Assembly: GCA_037479115.1 (NCBI GenBank)
Contig: JBBFLK010000002.1
Coordinates: forward strand, 148,040-212,039
Origin: Anaerohalosphaeraceae bacterium
GTDB lineage: Bacteria; Planctomycetota; Phycisphaerae; Sedimentisphaerales; Anaerohalosphaeraceae
DNA length: 64,000 nt
Direction: 5' to 3'
Below, one piece after another: positions 17,805 to 26,854 of this stretch (position 1 is its first letter; every line of letters starts with the position of its first letter). Made by a program: the position numbers and the translations under genes. A model generated the notes under the pieces. The model did no database searches. It was not told the origin of the DNA and worked only from the letters and a program-made list of their open reading frames with translations.

Positions 17805-18740
17805 TTCACGAAGGGTTCTCAAGAGCACGAAATCGTCCAGCCCTGCCGCCCTTTGTGCCTGCTCCACCCAGCCGTTCAGCTCCTCCTCACTGCGGCTGTG
17901 CACCATCGCAAACAGATTATACGGCCAGTCTGGAAAGGTCCGCCGCTGATAACAGTGGCTCACTTGACGGAACAAAGCCAGTGCGGCACCGGCGGCTTCG
18001 ACTCGGTCTTCCGGGACCCGCCAGCAAACCATCGCATTAACACTAAAACCGAGCCGGTAATGATTTAATACGGCAGCGATTCTTTTTAAAACCCCCTTGT
18101 GCATCAATTCGCGAACCGCGTCCAGACAATCCATTTCCGCCGTCCCGGGGCACTGAGCGAACGGGTGCGGAACAACCGGAAATTCGCTCTGCAGAAACAT
18201 CAGAACCCGCTTTTGCTGCTCGTTCAGTGTCACCGGTTCTGACGGTTTTAAACCGCTATCCGCTCTTTCTCGGGCCGGCGGGTCCGCCAGAAAACGCACC
18301 TGAAGTTTGAATGTCCGGATGGCCGGCAGCGCATAAAAAACAAGACCGCAGCGGCTGGACAAGTCATCCAGAATCTGCTGAATCCGTTCATCAGACTCTG
18401 CCTGCAGTGTAAACCAGAGATTAAACACATGGTCCCGCAGGTATTGATGGGACACCCCCGGCAGCTCTCGAACGAGCGTGTTAACCTGCTCCATCCGGTC
18501 AGACGGCACGGAAGCCGTCACAAGGCAGGCCGTTCTGCCCAGCAAACGGGAATCGATTTGTCCGCGAAGCCGGCGGATGAACCCCTGCCCTTTGAGCCGG
18601 CCGATTTCCTTCAGCACCTGCTGCACGGAACAGCCTAATCGCTCTGCAATCAACTGATAAGGTTCCGGGACGACCTCAATTCCCCCTTCGAGAACGGCCA
18701 GCAGGTCTCTTTGAAAAGCGGTCAGCGAGTCGCTGTTCAT
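17769..18740 (-). CDS. ahbAB: Fused siroheme decarboxylase AhbA-AhbB (NirD/L/G/H-like, two Lrp/AsnC-type halves)
   Basis: The ATG at 18740 overlaps the upstream stop (ATGA). The 323-aa product has two repeats of the pattern (LT..Q..L...L......P....IA..LG.....V.......G.IRR...). The track ORF to 19076 is an over-extension into the upstream gene. Confidence 0.8.
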   Translation of the reverse strand: MNSDSLTAFQRDLLAVLEGGIEVVPEPYQLIAERLGCSVQQVLKEIGRLKGQGFIRRLRGQIDSRLLGRTACLVTASVPSDRMEQVNTLVRELPGVSHQYLRDHVFNLWFTLQAESDERIQQILDDLSSRCGLVFYALPAIRTFKLQVRFLADPPARERADSGLKPSEPVTLNEQQKRVLMFLQSEFPVVPHPFAQCPGTAEMDCLDAVRELMHKGVLKRIAAVLNHYRLGFSVNAMVCWRVPEDRVEAAGAALALFRQVSHCYQRRTFPDWPYNLFAMVHSRSEEELNGWVEQAQRAAGLDDFVLLRTLREIKKEPVRLDFA

Positions 18741-19768
18741 GGCTTTCGTTCCTCGATATTTTGAGCCAGCCGACAGACCGGGTCCTGCTGAAGATAATCG
18801 CCGTACACCGCCAGGGCCCGTGCACGACAGCCGCGGCACACCGTCAAATACGCACAGCCCCCGCAGGCCCCCTTGTAGCCGTGCAGATTCCGCAGACGGC
18901 TGAACAATTCCGACTCGCCCCAAATCGACGCAAAATCTCTTTGAAGCAGACTGCCTGCCGACACCTCCAGAAACCCGCAGGGCTGCACATCCCCTCGCCA
19001 GTTGATAAAGACAAAATCTTCGCCCGCCAGGCATCCGGGCACTCTGTCGGCCTTCGGCAGGTTCTGCTGTCGGCACACACGGGCAAACTGCGGCCCGCAG
19101 GTGAGCCGAAGTTCAATCGACAGCCGGCCTTTCATCCGGCCCAGATATTCTAAAAGAGATTCATACTCACGCGGCTCCAGAAGCAGGTCTCGAATGGACT
19201 CGCCCCGCCCAACCGGCACGAGGATAAACGGATTCCAGCAGAAGGCCCCTGATTCCTCCGCAAGCCGGGCAATCCGGTCAATCTGCTCCAGATTCCGCTT
19301 GGTAATCGTCGTGTTAATCTGAAAATCCAGCCCCGCTCTGCGGGCGGCCTGAACGGCCCTCATTGTCGTCTGGAAAGCCCCCGGGCTGTCCCGAAAGGCA
19401 TCATGCGTCTGCGCATCGGCGCCATCCAGCGAAAAAGAAATCGACAGCAGCTCCGCTTTTTTGAGCCGTTCAGCGGCCGCCTCATCCAGATACCAGCCGC
19501 AGGTCGCCGCCGCCATCCGCAAGCCCATCTGCCGGCCTGCCTGAAGAATCTCAAAGAAATCCGCCCGGGCCATCGGCTCCCCTCCGGTTAAGATGGCAAT
19601 GCAGTGCCCGAAGGCAGCCAGCGACCGCAGGATGGAGATGCATTGCTCTGTAGTCAAAGCATCCTCCTGATGTCCGTCGGCAGCCGCGCGGCAGTGCCGG
19701 CAGTGCAGCGGACAGCGCCGCGTAATCTCAAAGGCCGCAATCCGGGGTTTTCTTAACAGTTTATCCAT
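18737..19768 (-). CDS. ahbD: Radical SAM/SPASM enzyme of the alternative heme pathway, probably heme synthase AhbD (NirJ2-like)
   Basis: CPLHCRHC (CxxxCxxC) and a C-terminal Cys-rich SPASM motif (CGGCAYLTVCRGCRA). The AhbC versus AhbD assignment rests on size and on my recollection of Desulfovibrio synteny (radical SAM - hemB - radical SAM), so it is tentative. Confidence 0.6.
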   Translation of the reverse strand: MDKLLRKPRIAAFEITRRCPLHCRHCRAAADGHQEDALTTEQCISILRSLAAFGHCIAILTGGEPMARADFFEILQAGRQMGLRMAAATCGWYLDEAAAERLKKAELLSISFSLDGADAQTHDAFRDSPGAFQTTMRAVQAARRAGLDFQINTTITKRNLEQIDRIARLAEESGAFCWNPFILVPVGRGESIRDLLLEPREYESLLEYLGRMKGRLSIELRLTCGPQFARVCRQQNLPKADRVPGCLAGEDFVFINWRGDVQPCGFLEVSAGSLLQRDFASIWGESELFSRLRNLHGYKGACGGCAYLTVCRGCRARALAVYGDYLQQDPVCRLAQNIEERKP

Positions 19769-20738
19769 TCAGCACTGCCGCAGCTTCTTTGGCAAAATAT
19801 GTTATTATAAAATCCGCACCGGCCCGTTTAATAGCCAACAGGGTTTCGAGCATGGCTTCCCGCCGGTCCATCAGTCCTGCCCTGGCGGCCTGGTTGACCA
19901 TCATATACTCCCCGGAGACGTTATAAGCCGCCAGCGGCACATCAAACCGCTGCCGAGCGGCCGCAATCACATCCAGATACGCCAGCGCCGGTTTGACCAT
20001 CACCATATCCGCCCCTTCTTCTATATCGAGGGCTATCTCCCGCATCGCCTGCCGAACGGAAGCCGCCGGGTCCATCTGATATGTTTTGCGATTGCCGAAG
20101 GCCGGGGCACTGTCGGCGGCCTCCCGAAACGGTCCGTAAAAGGCCGATGCATACTTGGCGGCATAACTCAAAACAGCCGTCTCCGTAAATCCGGCCTCAT
20201 CAAGGGTCTGACGAATCATCCCAATCCGTCCGTCCATCATATCCGACGGTGCCACCACATCCGCTCCGGCACGGGCGTGAGCCAGGGCTGTCCGAGCCAG
20301 GCACTGAAGGGTCTGGTCGTTGTCAATTTTTCCATCGCGGATGATACCGCAGTGTCCATGTTCCGTATAGGCACACAGACAAACATCCGTAATAACGAGC
20401 AAATCCGGCACGGCCTTTTTTACGGCACGAACGGCCCGGCAGACCGCCGAGTCCTCCGCCCATGCCTCCGACCCGTGCGCATCTTTTCGCAAAGGCAGGC
20501 CGAACAAAAGGACAGCCGGAATACCCAACTCGCCGATTTCCTGTGCTTCCCGCACAAGGGTATCCGGGGAAAAGTGAAAGCAGCCGTCCATCGAAGGAAT
20601 GGGCTTTTTGACATTTTCGCCCGGGCAGACAAAAAGCGGATACACCAAATCACTCACACTCAGCCGGGTTCCGGCAGTCAGACGACGCACAGCCGGACTG
20701 GCCCGCAGACGCCGCATTCGCACATCAGGAAATCCCAT
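19761..20738 (-). CDS. hemB: Porphobilinogen synthase (delta-aminolevulinate dehydratase)
   Basis: MRRLRASPAVRRL and full-length ALAD-like sequence. ATG at 20738 with a GGAGCAGGAG SD. The track ORF starts at a TTG at 20762. Confidence 0.93.
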   Translation of the reverse strand: MGFPDVRMRRLRASPAVRRLTAGTRLSVSDLVYPLFVCPGENVKKPIPSMDGCFHFSPDTLVREAQEIGELGIPAVLLFGLPLRKDAHGSEAWAEDSAVCRAVRAVKKAVPDLLVITDVCLCAYTEHGHCGIIRDGKIDNDQTLQCLARTALAHARAGADVVAPSDMMDGRIGMIRQTLDEAGFTETAVLSYAAKYASAFYGPFREAADSAPAFGNRKTYQMDPAASVRQAMREIALDIEEGADMVMVKPALAYLDVIAAARQRFDVPLAAYNVSGEYMMVNQAARAGLMDRREAMLETLLAIKRAGADFIITYFAKEAAAVLNG

Positions 20739-20742
20739 AGTC

Positions 20743-21897
20743 TTACTCCTGCTCCAGTGCAATCTCTTCTTCCGTCAAATAGCACGGCGGCTCATTCCGC
20801 CACAACTCGATATTGGCGCTTCCGTCCAATGAACGAAAGTTTCCGCCGCACAAATCAAACCACCGGCAGCGCCGGCACCGAGGGTCCCGATACTCCTTTT
20901 TGTTCCGCAAAACCATCAGAACCGGTTCGGCCGGGTTGTCCCAGATTTGAGCAAAGGACCTTTCGAGGACATTTCCGAGGGAATAACTCCGCCAAAACTG
21001 GTCAGGATACACCCGTCCGGCCCAGTCCACCGCGGCAATGTTCTGTCCGATGCGGTTGCCGGCCGCCCGCTTCAGCAGCGCCTCCGCATCGGCCGCCCGC
21101 TCCGAAGAGAGCTTCCGCAGCCGCATCAGCAGATACGGCCCGTCCGCATGGTTGCCGACCGTGAGCACTTCATCCGCCTGTCCGGCAGAGGTCCTTTGCT
21201 CCGTACAGGAAAGAATCGAATCCATCGCCTCCCTCACCAAAGCCGCGGAAGGCACGGCTTCCGCCAGGTCTTCGGCACGGCCGGTCCGAATCAAATGATA
21301 AAAGCAGATGCGCCGCACATCCAGGTCCGCCGCAATCTGAAACAGCAAGGGAATCTGCCTGATATTGTCCGCCGTCATTGTGAACCGAATGCCCGCAGGA
21401 ATTCCCGTCCGACGGCAGGCGTAAATCCCTTCTACAGCCGCCGCAAAAGCACCCTTGACCTGCCGAAAATCATCGTGAAACGCCGCCGGCCCATCCAGCG
21501 AAATCCCGACATAACTGACTCCCAAAGCCGCCAAATGCTCGGCCGTCGATTCCTGAATCAGCGTGCCGTTCGTGGATAAAACGGTGCGAAGTCCTTTGCC
21601 GCCGGCATATTCGAGCAGCTCAAATAGGTCCTCACGAAGCAGCGGCTCTCCGCCGCTGAACAGCAGCACCGGACAGCCGAAGTCGGCTATCTGGTCAATT
21701 AAGCATCGGGCCTGTTCTGTAGTCAGTTCCGGTTCCCCTCCAAAGCCCCGAACATGGCTGTAGCAGTGACGGCACGCCAGATTGCACCGCCAGGTACAGT
21801 TGAACACCACAATCGGCTTGTGATTCCGATGCGGCGGATAACGCAGCTCATCCGACCGGCCGGACTTGCCGCAATACAATTTACTGATATTAATCAT
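20743..21897 (-). CDS. ahbC: Radical SAM enzyme of the alternative heme pathway, probably 12,18-didecarboxysiroheme deacetylase AhbC (NirJ1-like)
   Basis: CNLACRHC radical SAM motif and a C-terminal CRRCRWFDLCGG cluster motif. 384 aa. The AhbC/AhbD assignment is tentative. Confidence 0.6.
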   Translation of the reverse strand: MINISKLYCGKSGRSDELRYPPHRNHKPIVVFNCTWRCNLACRHCYSHVRGFGGEPELTTEQARCLIDQIADFGCPVLLFSGGEPLLREDLFELLEYAGGKGLRTVLSTNGTLIQESTAEHLAALGVSYVGISLDGPAAFHDDFRQVKGAFAAAVEGIYACRRTGIPAGIRFTMTADNIRQIPLLFQIAADLDVRRICFYHLIRTGRAEDLAEAVPSAALVREAMDSILSCTEQRTSAGQADEVLTVGNHADGPYLLMRLRKLSSERAADAEALLKRAAGNRIGQNIAAVDWAGRVYPDQFWRSYSLGNVLERSFAQIWDNPAEPVLMVLRNKKEYRDPRCRRCRWFDLCGGNFRSLDGSANIELWRNEPPCYLTEEEIALEQE

Positions 21898-23413
21898 GAT
21901 ATTGAATCAGGGCCTCTGTCAGCCCCTCCAGGGTATGCACAGGAGCTTCAAGGGCTGCCGGAAGATTTTCCTCCAGCAGACGACGGGTCGTGCTCGGACC
22001 GATCGAGGCAATTTTCGCCCCGCTTTGGAGCACAGTTTCTTTCGACACAACCTTTAAAAAAGCGGATACGGCCGAACTGCTCGCAAACAGAATCCAGTCA
22101 ATCTTCCGGCGGCTCAACCGTTCCAGAATTGGTTCAATCTGCCGAGCGGACAGCTCCGCCGGTTCTACTGTATAACTTGAAACCTCCTCCACAATGGCTC
22201 CCTGCCGCAGCAGAGACTTCGGAAGGTCATCCGGAGCAATGGCGGAACGCAGCAGCAGAAATTTCTTTCCGGCCGGCGGCTCTTTTGCAGACAATTCCTC
22301 CGCCAGCGCCTGACCGGTAAACGTCGTCGGAACAAAATCGGCCCGCAAACCGTATTCGCCCAAGGCCCGTGCTGTTTCCGGACCAATACAGGCAATCCGG
22401 GTCCGACCAAAAGCCCGCGCATCTTTCCCCAACTGACGCAATCTTTCCAAAGAAAACTCCACACCGCGCCGGCTGGTAAAAACAACCCAGTCAAACTCCT
22501 CCAGCCGATTCAGGACGGCATCCGCCGCACCGGTTGCGGCAAAGTTTTGCACAGCAAGCACGGGCAACCCCAGCACGTCGGCTCCCAATTCATTCAGGCG
22601 ACGGCTCAACGAACGATTTCCCTCCTCATCCCGGGCAATCAGGACAGTCCTGCCCGCCAGCGGACGACGGCGAAACCAGTCCGTTTCCTCCCGATAGACG
22701 GCTGTCGGTCCAATCAATACGATGGCCGGTGCCTCTATCCCCTCCTGCCGGCAGACGGCGGCAATCTTCTCCAAAGAAGCATGAACTAGACGCTGTTGCG
22801 GCAGACTGGCGTTCTGAATCACCGCCGCCGGAGTATCCGCCGGTTTGCCGTTTGCCAGAAGGGCCGTAGCAATCTGCTCCAGATGGCTCATCGCCATATA
22901 AAAGGCGATTGTGCCGCGAAATCCGGCCAGGAAATCCCAGTCAATCGAAGATTCATTTTTGTCGGGGGCTTCCTGACCGGTCACAAAAAGAACCTGCGAG
23001 CTGAACTGCCGGTCGGTCAGAAACATTCCGGAATAAGCCGCCGCCGCAGAAGCCGCCGTCACGCCGGGAACTATCTCAAAATCAACCCCCGCATGAAGAC
23101 AAGTCTGGACTTCCTCCGCCGTCCTTCCGAAAAAACCGGGGTCTCCTCCTTTGAGCCGTACGACGGTCAGATATTGAGCGGCCTTCTCCAGCAGCAGCTG
23201 ATTGATTTGCTCCTGCGTAAAAGGTTTTTCTCCTGTTCGCTTGCGAACACAAAGGCATTCACAGTTCGGCCGGCAGTCCTCCAGAAGGGCCTCATTGACC
23301 AGACCATCGTAAATCACACAGTCGGCCTGACGGAGAAGCTGCGCCCCGCGCAGGGTAATCAGTGCCGGGTCTCCCGGACCCGCCCCAACAAAATAGATTT
23401 TGGTTTTATGCAT
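21890..23413 (-). CDS. cobA: Bifunctional uroporphyrinogen-III C-methyltransferase / uroporphyrinogen-III synthase (CobA-HemD fusion)
   Basis: N-terminal KIYFVGAGPGDPALITLRG (SUMT). The C-terminal ~250 aa are HemD-like. 8-nt overlaps with both neighbours. Confidence 0.88.
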   Translation of the reverse strand: MHKTKIYFVGAGPGDPALITLRGAQLLRQADCVIYDGLVNEALLEDCRPNCECLCVRKRTGEKPFTQEQINQLLLEKAAQYLTVVRLKGGDPGFFGRTAEEVQTCLHAGVDFEIVPGVTAASAAAAYSGMFLTDRQFSSQVLFVTGQEAPDKNESSIDWDFLAGFRGTIAFYMAMSHLEQIATALLANGKPADTPAAVIQNASLPQQRLVHASLEKIAAVCRQEGIEAPAIVLIGPTAVYREETDWFRRRPLAGRTVLIARDEEGNRSLSRRLNELGADVLGLPVLAVQNFAATGAADAVLNRLEEFDWVVFTSRRGVEFSLERLRQLGKDARAFGRTRIACIGPETARALGEYGLRADFVPTTFTGQALAEELSAKEPPAGKKFLLLRSAIAPDDLPKSLLRQGAIVEEVSSYTVEPAELSARQIEPILERLSRRKIDWILFASSSAVSAFLKVVSKETVLQSGAKIASIGPSTTRRLLEENLPAALEAPVHTLEGLTEALIQYHD

Positions 23414-24326
23414 TCGTTTTCAAAATCTCCAGAGCCCCCTGCTCAATCAGACGCTCGGCCAGACAATCCGCCCATTCTACCGCATTCAGAACCGGCCCGC
23501 AAATCCGCTCTTTCAGGAAAGGATGTCCCTGCGGGCCCGATGCAAACGCCGTCAGCGTAATCTGTTCCTTTTCTATGGCCGCATAGGCCCCGACCGGCGC
23601 ATGGCATCCGGGATGAAGCCGAGCCAGAATCCGGCGTTCCGCCTGGGCCGCTGCCGCTGTAGGAAAATGATGAATTCTTTGGAACAATTCGAACAAATGC
23701 TCGTTCGTTCGAAGAATCTCTACCGCAATCACCCCCTGGGCCGGTGCAGGCAGAAATTCCAGCGGGTCCAATATCAGCCCGTTCCAGCCGGTTATCCCCA
23801 GCCGCTCCAGTCCGGCACGAGCCAGAATGACGGCATCGTAGCGGCCTTCTTCGAGTTTTCGCAGACGTGTTTCGACATTGCCCCGAAGCGGCTCAACCCG
23901 AATATCGGGCCGCCGTCGAAGAATCTGGGCCTGTCGGCGGAGACTCGAGGTTCCCACGCAGGCTGCCGGCGGCAAATCTTCAATCCTCCGGATGGAGCGG
24001 CGAACCAGCAAAACATCCTCCGGAAAATCCCGCTCCAGCACCGCCGCAATACACAGACCATCCGGCGTCTGCGTCGGCAAATCCTTGAAACTGTGAACGG
24101 CAAAATCCGCCGTCCCCTCCAGCAGCGCCTGCTGGAGCCGGGCCGTAAAAAAACCGCTGCCTTCCAGTTTCCACAGCGGAGCATCCGCCTGCTGGTCGCC
24201 CTGGGTTCGGAGGATTTGCATCTCCACAGACAATCCCGGACAGACCTTTTGCAGGGCGTCAATCACCCGCTGGGTCTGAATCTGGGCCAGTTTCGAACCG
24301 CGTGTGGCTGCACGGAGCAGGCTCAT
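23406..24326 (-). CDS. hemC: Hydroxymethylbilane synthase (porphobilinogen deaminase)
   Basis: LRAATRGSKLAQIQT... The ATG at 24326 overlaps the hemA stop by 4 nt. The track ORF to 24422 is an over-extension. Confidence 0.92.
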   Translation of the reverse strand: MSLLRAATRGSKLAQIQTQRVIDALQKVCPGLSVEMQILRTQGDQQADAPLWKLEGSGFFTARLQQALLEGTADFAVHSFKDLPTQTPDGLCIAAVLERDFPEDVLLVRRSIRRIEDLPPAACVGTSSLRRQAQILRRRPDIRVEPLRGNVETRLRKLEEGRYDAVILARAGLERLGITGWNGLILDPLEFLPAPAQGVIAVEILRTNEHLFELFQRIHHFPTAAAAQAERRILARLHPGCHAPVGAYAAIEKEQITLTAFASGPQGHPFLKERICGPVLNAVEWADCLAERLIEQGALEILKTNA

Positions 24327-25606
24327 TCCTTTTGTCTCTTTTTCGGTGGGTCTTCCAGCAGCATCTTCCGCACCACATCCAGCACGCCCAGAAAATCCCC
24401 GGAGGGCTCTTGGCTGCCGCACTGCTTGAGATACGAAATCGGGCCGTGCAGAATCTTGCGGGCCAGCGATTCGGCAAACCGCTGAAGCTGTGCGTGTTCT
24501 GATTTGCTGAAATACCGCTGATAGCGACGGGCTTCCTTTTGAGCCAGCTGCCTGTAGCGGGAGGATAATTCGCTGACAAGATCGGCTGTCTGAAGCGAAT
24601 CCAGCCAGGCTGCAAACCGCTGTGCATGTTCGGCGACAATCCGCTCGGCCTGCTGAATCTGTTCGACCTGAATCGAACGGCTCGCTTCGGTTTGTCGGTT
24701 TAAATCATCCAGATTGAACAAACGAACCTGCGCAATCCCTCCCAGCGCCGGGTCCACATCCCGGGGCATCGCCAAATCGAGAATGACAATCGGCCGGCTC
24801 CGCTGGGCAAGCAGATAGGAATAGTCAGCGACCGTAATCAGCGGGGTCGGCGAAGCCGTCGTACAGACAGCCAAATCCGCCTGCCTGAGCAATTCCCCTA
24901 ACGAAGACAACTCCGCCGGCTGTCCGAACCGGAGGGCAGCGGCCAGCTGACGGGCGGATTCCAGACGCCGGCTGACAATCCACAAACGGCCGATTCCGAC
25001 CTTCACCAAAAGACGGCCCACCAGCTCCGCATTCTCGCCGGCCCCCAGCAGAAGCACCGTAGCCCCCGGCAGGGACATTTCCTTCCAGGCCAGTTCCACC
25101 GCCGCCGCCCCCAGCGAAATAGTCCCGGACTGGAGAATCGTCCGGCTCCGCACTTCTTTGGACGCGCGAAACGCCCGGTGAATCAGCCGATGAAAAAGGT
25201 AGCGCGTGGTCTGTTCTTCATTGGCCAGCGCATACGCCGCCTTCAGCTGGCTGATAATCTGATGCTCGCCGAGCATTTGAGAATCCAGTCCGGCGGCCAC
25301 GGCGAAAAGATGTTCCACCGCCTTTGTGCCGTCATATTCTTTTGAATAAGAACGCCACGGCTCCAGGGCCTCCGGCTGCATTTCGGCAATCAGCGGCTCC
25401 AGCAAACACCGGCTGTCTGCCGACGAATCCATCGAAAGATAAATCTCCGTGCGGTTGCAGGTACAGAGAATCAGCCCTTCATACACGCCGGAGCACCGCA
25501 GGAGGCCGCGCAGCAGATGCCGCTGCTGTTCTTCCGAAAAAGCCAGCTTTTCCCTCGCTTCGTAGGGCGCATCCCGAAAACTGACACCGCAGCAAACAAG
25601 CTTCAT
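24323..25606 (-). CDS. hemA: Glutamyl-tRNA reductase
   Basis: MKLVCCGVSFRDAPYEAREKLAF..., ILCTCNRTE, LLGAGENAE (NADPH site). The ATG at 25606 lies 6 nt after a -10-like hexamer. Confidence 0.92.
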   Translation of the reverse strand: MKLVCCGVSFRDAPYEAREKLAFSEEQQRHLLRGLLRCSGVYEGLILCTCNRTEIYLSMDSSADSRCLLEPLIAEMQPEALEPWRSYSKEYDGTKAVEHLFAVAAGLDSQMLGEHQIISQLKAAYALANEEQTTRYLFHRLIHRAFRASKEVRSRTILQSGTISLGAAAVELAWKEMSLPGATVLLLGAGENAELVGRLLVKVGIGRLWIVSRRLESARQLAAALRFGQPAELSSLGELLRQADLAVCTTASPTPLITVADYSYLLAQRSRPIVILDLAMPRDVDPALGGIAQVRLFNLDDLNRQTEASRSIQVEQIQQAERIVAEHAQRFAAWLDSLQTADLVSELSSRYRQLAQKEARRYQRYFSKSEHAQLQRFAESLARKILHGPISYLKQCGSQEPSGDFLGVLDVVRKMLLEDPPKKRQKE

Positions 25607-25612
25607 AGCGGC

Positions 25613-25641
25613 AGTGTAGCAGAGGCAACCAGAGAAATCAA
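25613..25641 (-). promoter_or_regulatory. Candidate promoter giving a leaderless hemA mRNA
   Basis: Minus strand reads TTGATT (25641-25636), 17 nt, TACACT (25618-25613), 6 nt, then ATG (25606). There is no SD. Confidence 0.45.
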
Positions 25642-25647
25642 CGGCGC

Positions 25648-25686
25648 ATAAAAAAGGTCCGCCGACACCGGTCAGCAGACCTTTTT
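25648..25686 (-). terminator. Intrinsic terminator after the triple-repeat gene
   Basis: Minus strand reads AAAAA, then an 11-bp stem GGTCTGCTGAC / GTCGGCGGACC (two G-U pairs, loop CGGT), then TTTTTTAT. Confidence 0.65.
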
Positions 25687-25698
25687 GTTTGGCAGAAA

Positions 25699-26739
25699 TC
25701 AATACGAAACGGCACCGCCCGGACGAACCATAGCGCGAACAATCTTTTTCCCTTCAAACGTCTGCGTGCCGCGCATCGTCGTAATCTGGCCGGTCAGTTT
25801 CGAATCCGCCAGTTTGCCGTCCAGACTGATTTCAAACGTCCGTTCTCCGAACTCCCGTTTGGCCTTAAACGAAACCTTCGTTCCGTCAAACTCAATCTTT
25901 TCAATCGGAAGGGTCCCGTACAGACCGCTCAGGTCCGGATTCACACGCAGCCGCTGCTTGTAAGAACCCTGGTCTGTCGCAATCTCCAGGTCCCAGCTTC
26001 CTATCAGAGCTTCGCCGAACCGCGCACCCTCGACAGCGATATCCCCCATTTCGGATTTCAGCGTGCCTTTGAGCAAACCGCTCTGTCGGTCAATCGTTCC
26101 TTCAAAGCTGGCTTCCATCTGGCGGTCGCCCATTTTCATTTTCCGCTTGAGGCTCAGGGTGCCCCGTTCGTATTTCACATCCGACACTTCGCTTTCCACG
26201 GGAGCCGACTGCCACTGGCCGGACAAATTGCCTTCTTTGTCCGCCTTGATAATCAGCTTGGCCTCTACATCCATGTCCCCGACCTTATATTTCAAATTCC
26301 AGGTCCCCACCACCCGTGGAAGACGCGGAAGACGGCGGCCTGTCACCTCCGATTCCCCCCGCTCTCCCGAAAGAGTACCGGACAGTTTATCCTCTTCCAC
26401 CTTGCCGGAAAATTTCGACCGGTATTCCTCGCCGCGAAAACGAGAAATCTGCTCGAAACGGAGTTTGCCGTCCTCAAACTGGATATCCTTCAGCTCGGCG
26501 ACTCCCCAGAAACTGATCCAGTCCCCGGTCAGATTGCCGTTTTCATCCCGGCCGAAGGAAACAAGGGCATCCATTTCGCGGTCTTCAAACTTGATTTTCA
26601 GTTCCCAATCGCCCCAAAGCCCCCTGCCGGCCCCTCCCATTCCGGCCGACTGTGCCGCCGCAGGAAAAGACAAAACCGCCGAGATTCCCGCCGTCAACAG
26701 AAGAAAAGACAGACATGAACAGGAAAAGGATGATTTCAT
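25699..26739 (-). CDS. Secreted protein made of three ~100-aa internal repeats (function unknown)
   Basis: The ATG at 26739 has a GGAGGG SD. Signal peptide MKSSFSCSCLSFLLLTAGISAVLSFPAAAQ. There are three repeats, each starting G(D/T/S)W(E/N/D)L and containing ..L(T/S)G.W..., ..F.G......L.G.L....G.....G.R. Confidence 0.75.
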   Translation of the reverse strand: MKSSFSCSCLSFLLLTAGISAVLSFPAAAQSAGMGGAGRGLWGDWELKIKFEDREMDALVSFGRDENGNLTGDWISFWGVAELKDIQFEDGKLRFEQISRFRGEEYRSKFSGKVEEDKLSGTLSGERGESEVTGRRLPRLPRVVGTWNLKYKVGDMDVEAKLIIKADKEGNLSGQWQSAPVESEVSDVKYERGTLSLKRKMKMGDRQMEASFEGTIDRQSGLLKGTLKSEMGDIAVEGARFGEALIGSWDLEIATDQGSYKQRLRVNPDLSGLYGTLPIEKIEFDGTKVSFKAKREFGERTFEISLDGKLADSKLTGQITTMRGTQTFEGKKIVRAMVRPGGAVSY

Positions 26740-26805
26740 AACAAGCCCTCCGAAATCACGGTTCCTTTTTGGCACCGAACCCAACAAAGTTCGGCATCTG
26801 AGGAA

Positions 26806-26834
26806 AGGATACCCCCTATTTCTCCGGAGAGCAA
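26806..26834 (-). promoter_or_regulatory. Candidate promoter of the triple-repeat gene
   Basis: Minus strand reads TTGCTC (26834-26829), 17 nt, TATCCT (26811-26806). Confidence 0.35.
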
Positions 26835-26854
26835 GTCTTTTTTATAGGACAAAC

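Noticed and set aside
18741-19076. N-terminal 112-aa extension of the ahbAB ORF in the track (435 aa)
   Set aside because: The extension lies entirely inside the upstream radical SAM gene in another frame. The internal ATG at 18740 forms an ATGA overlap with that gene's stop and begins the recognisable Lrp/AsnC-like domain.
25607-25702. N-terminal extension of hemA (track ORF to 25702); similar extensions occur for hemC, gatC, sirC and mtaB
   Set aside because: The hemA extension runs through a terminator hairpin and a promoter-like element. The conserved protein starts coincide with internal ATGs. The same logic was applied to the other over-extended ORFs.
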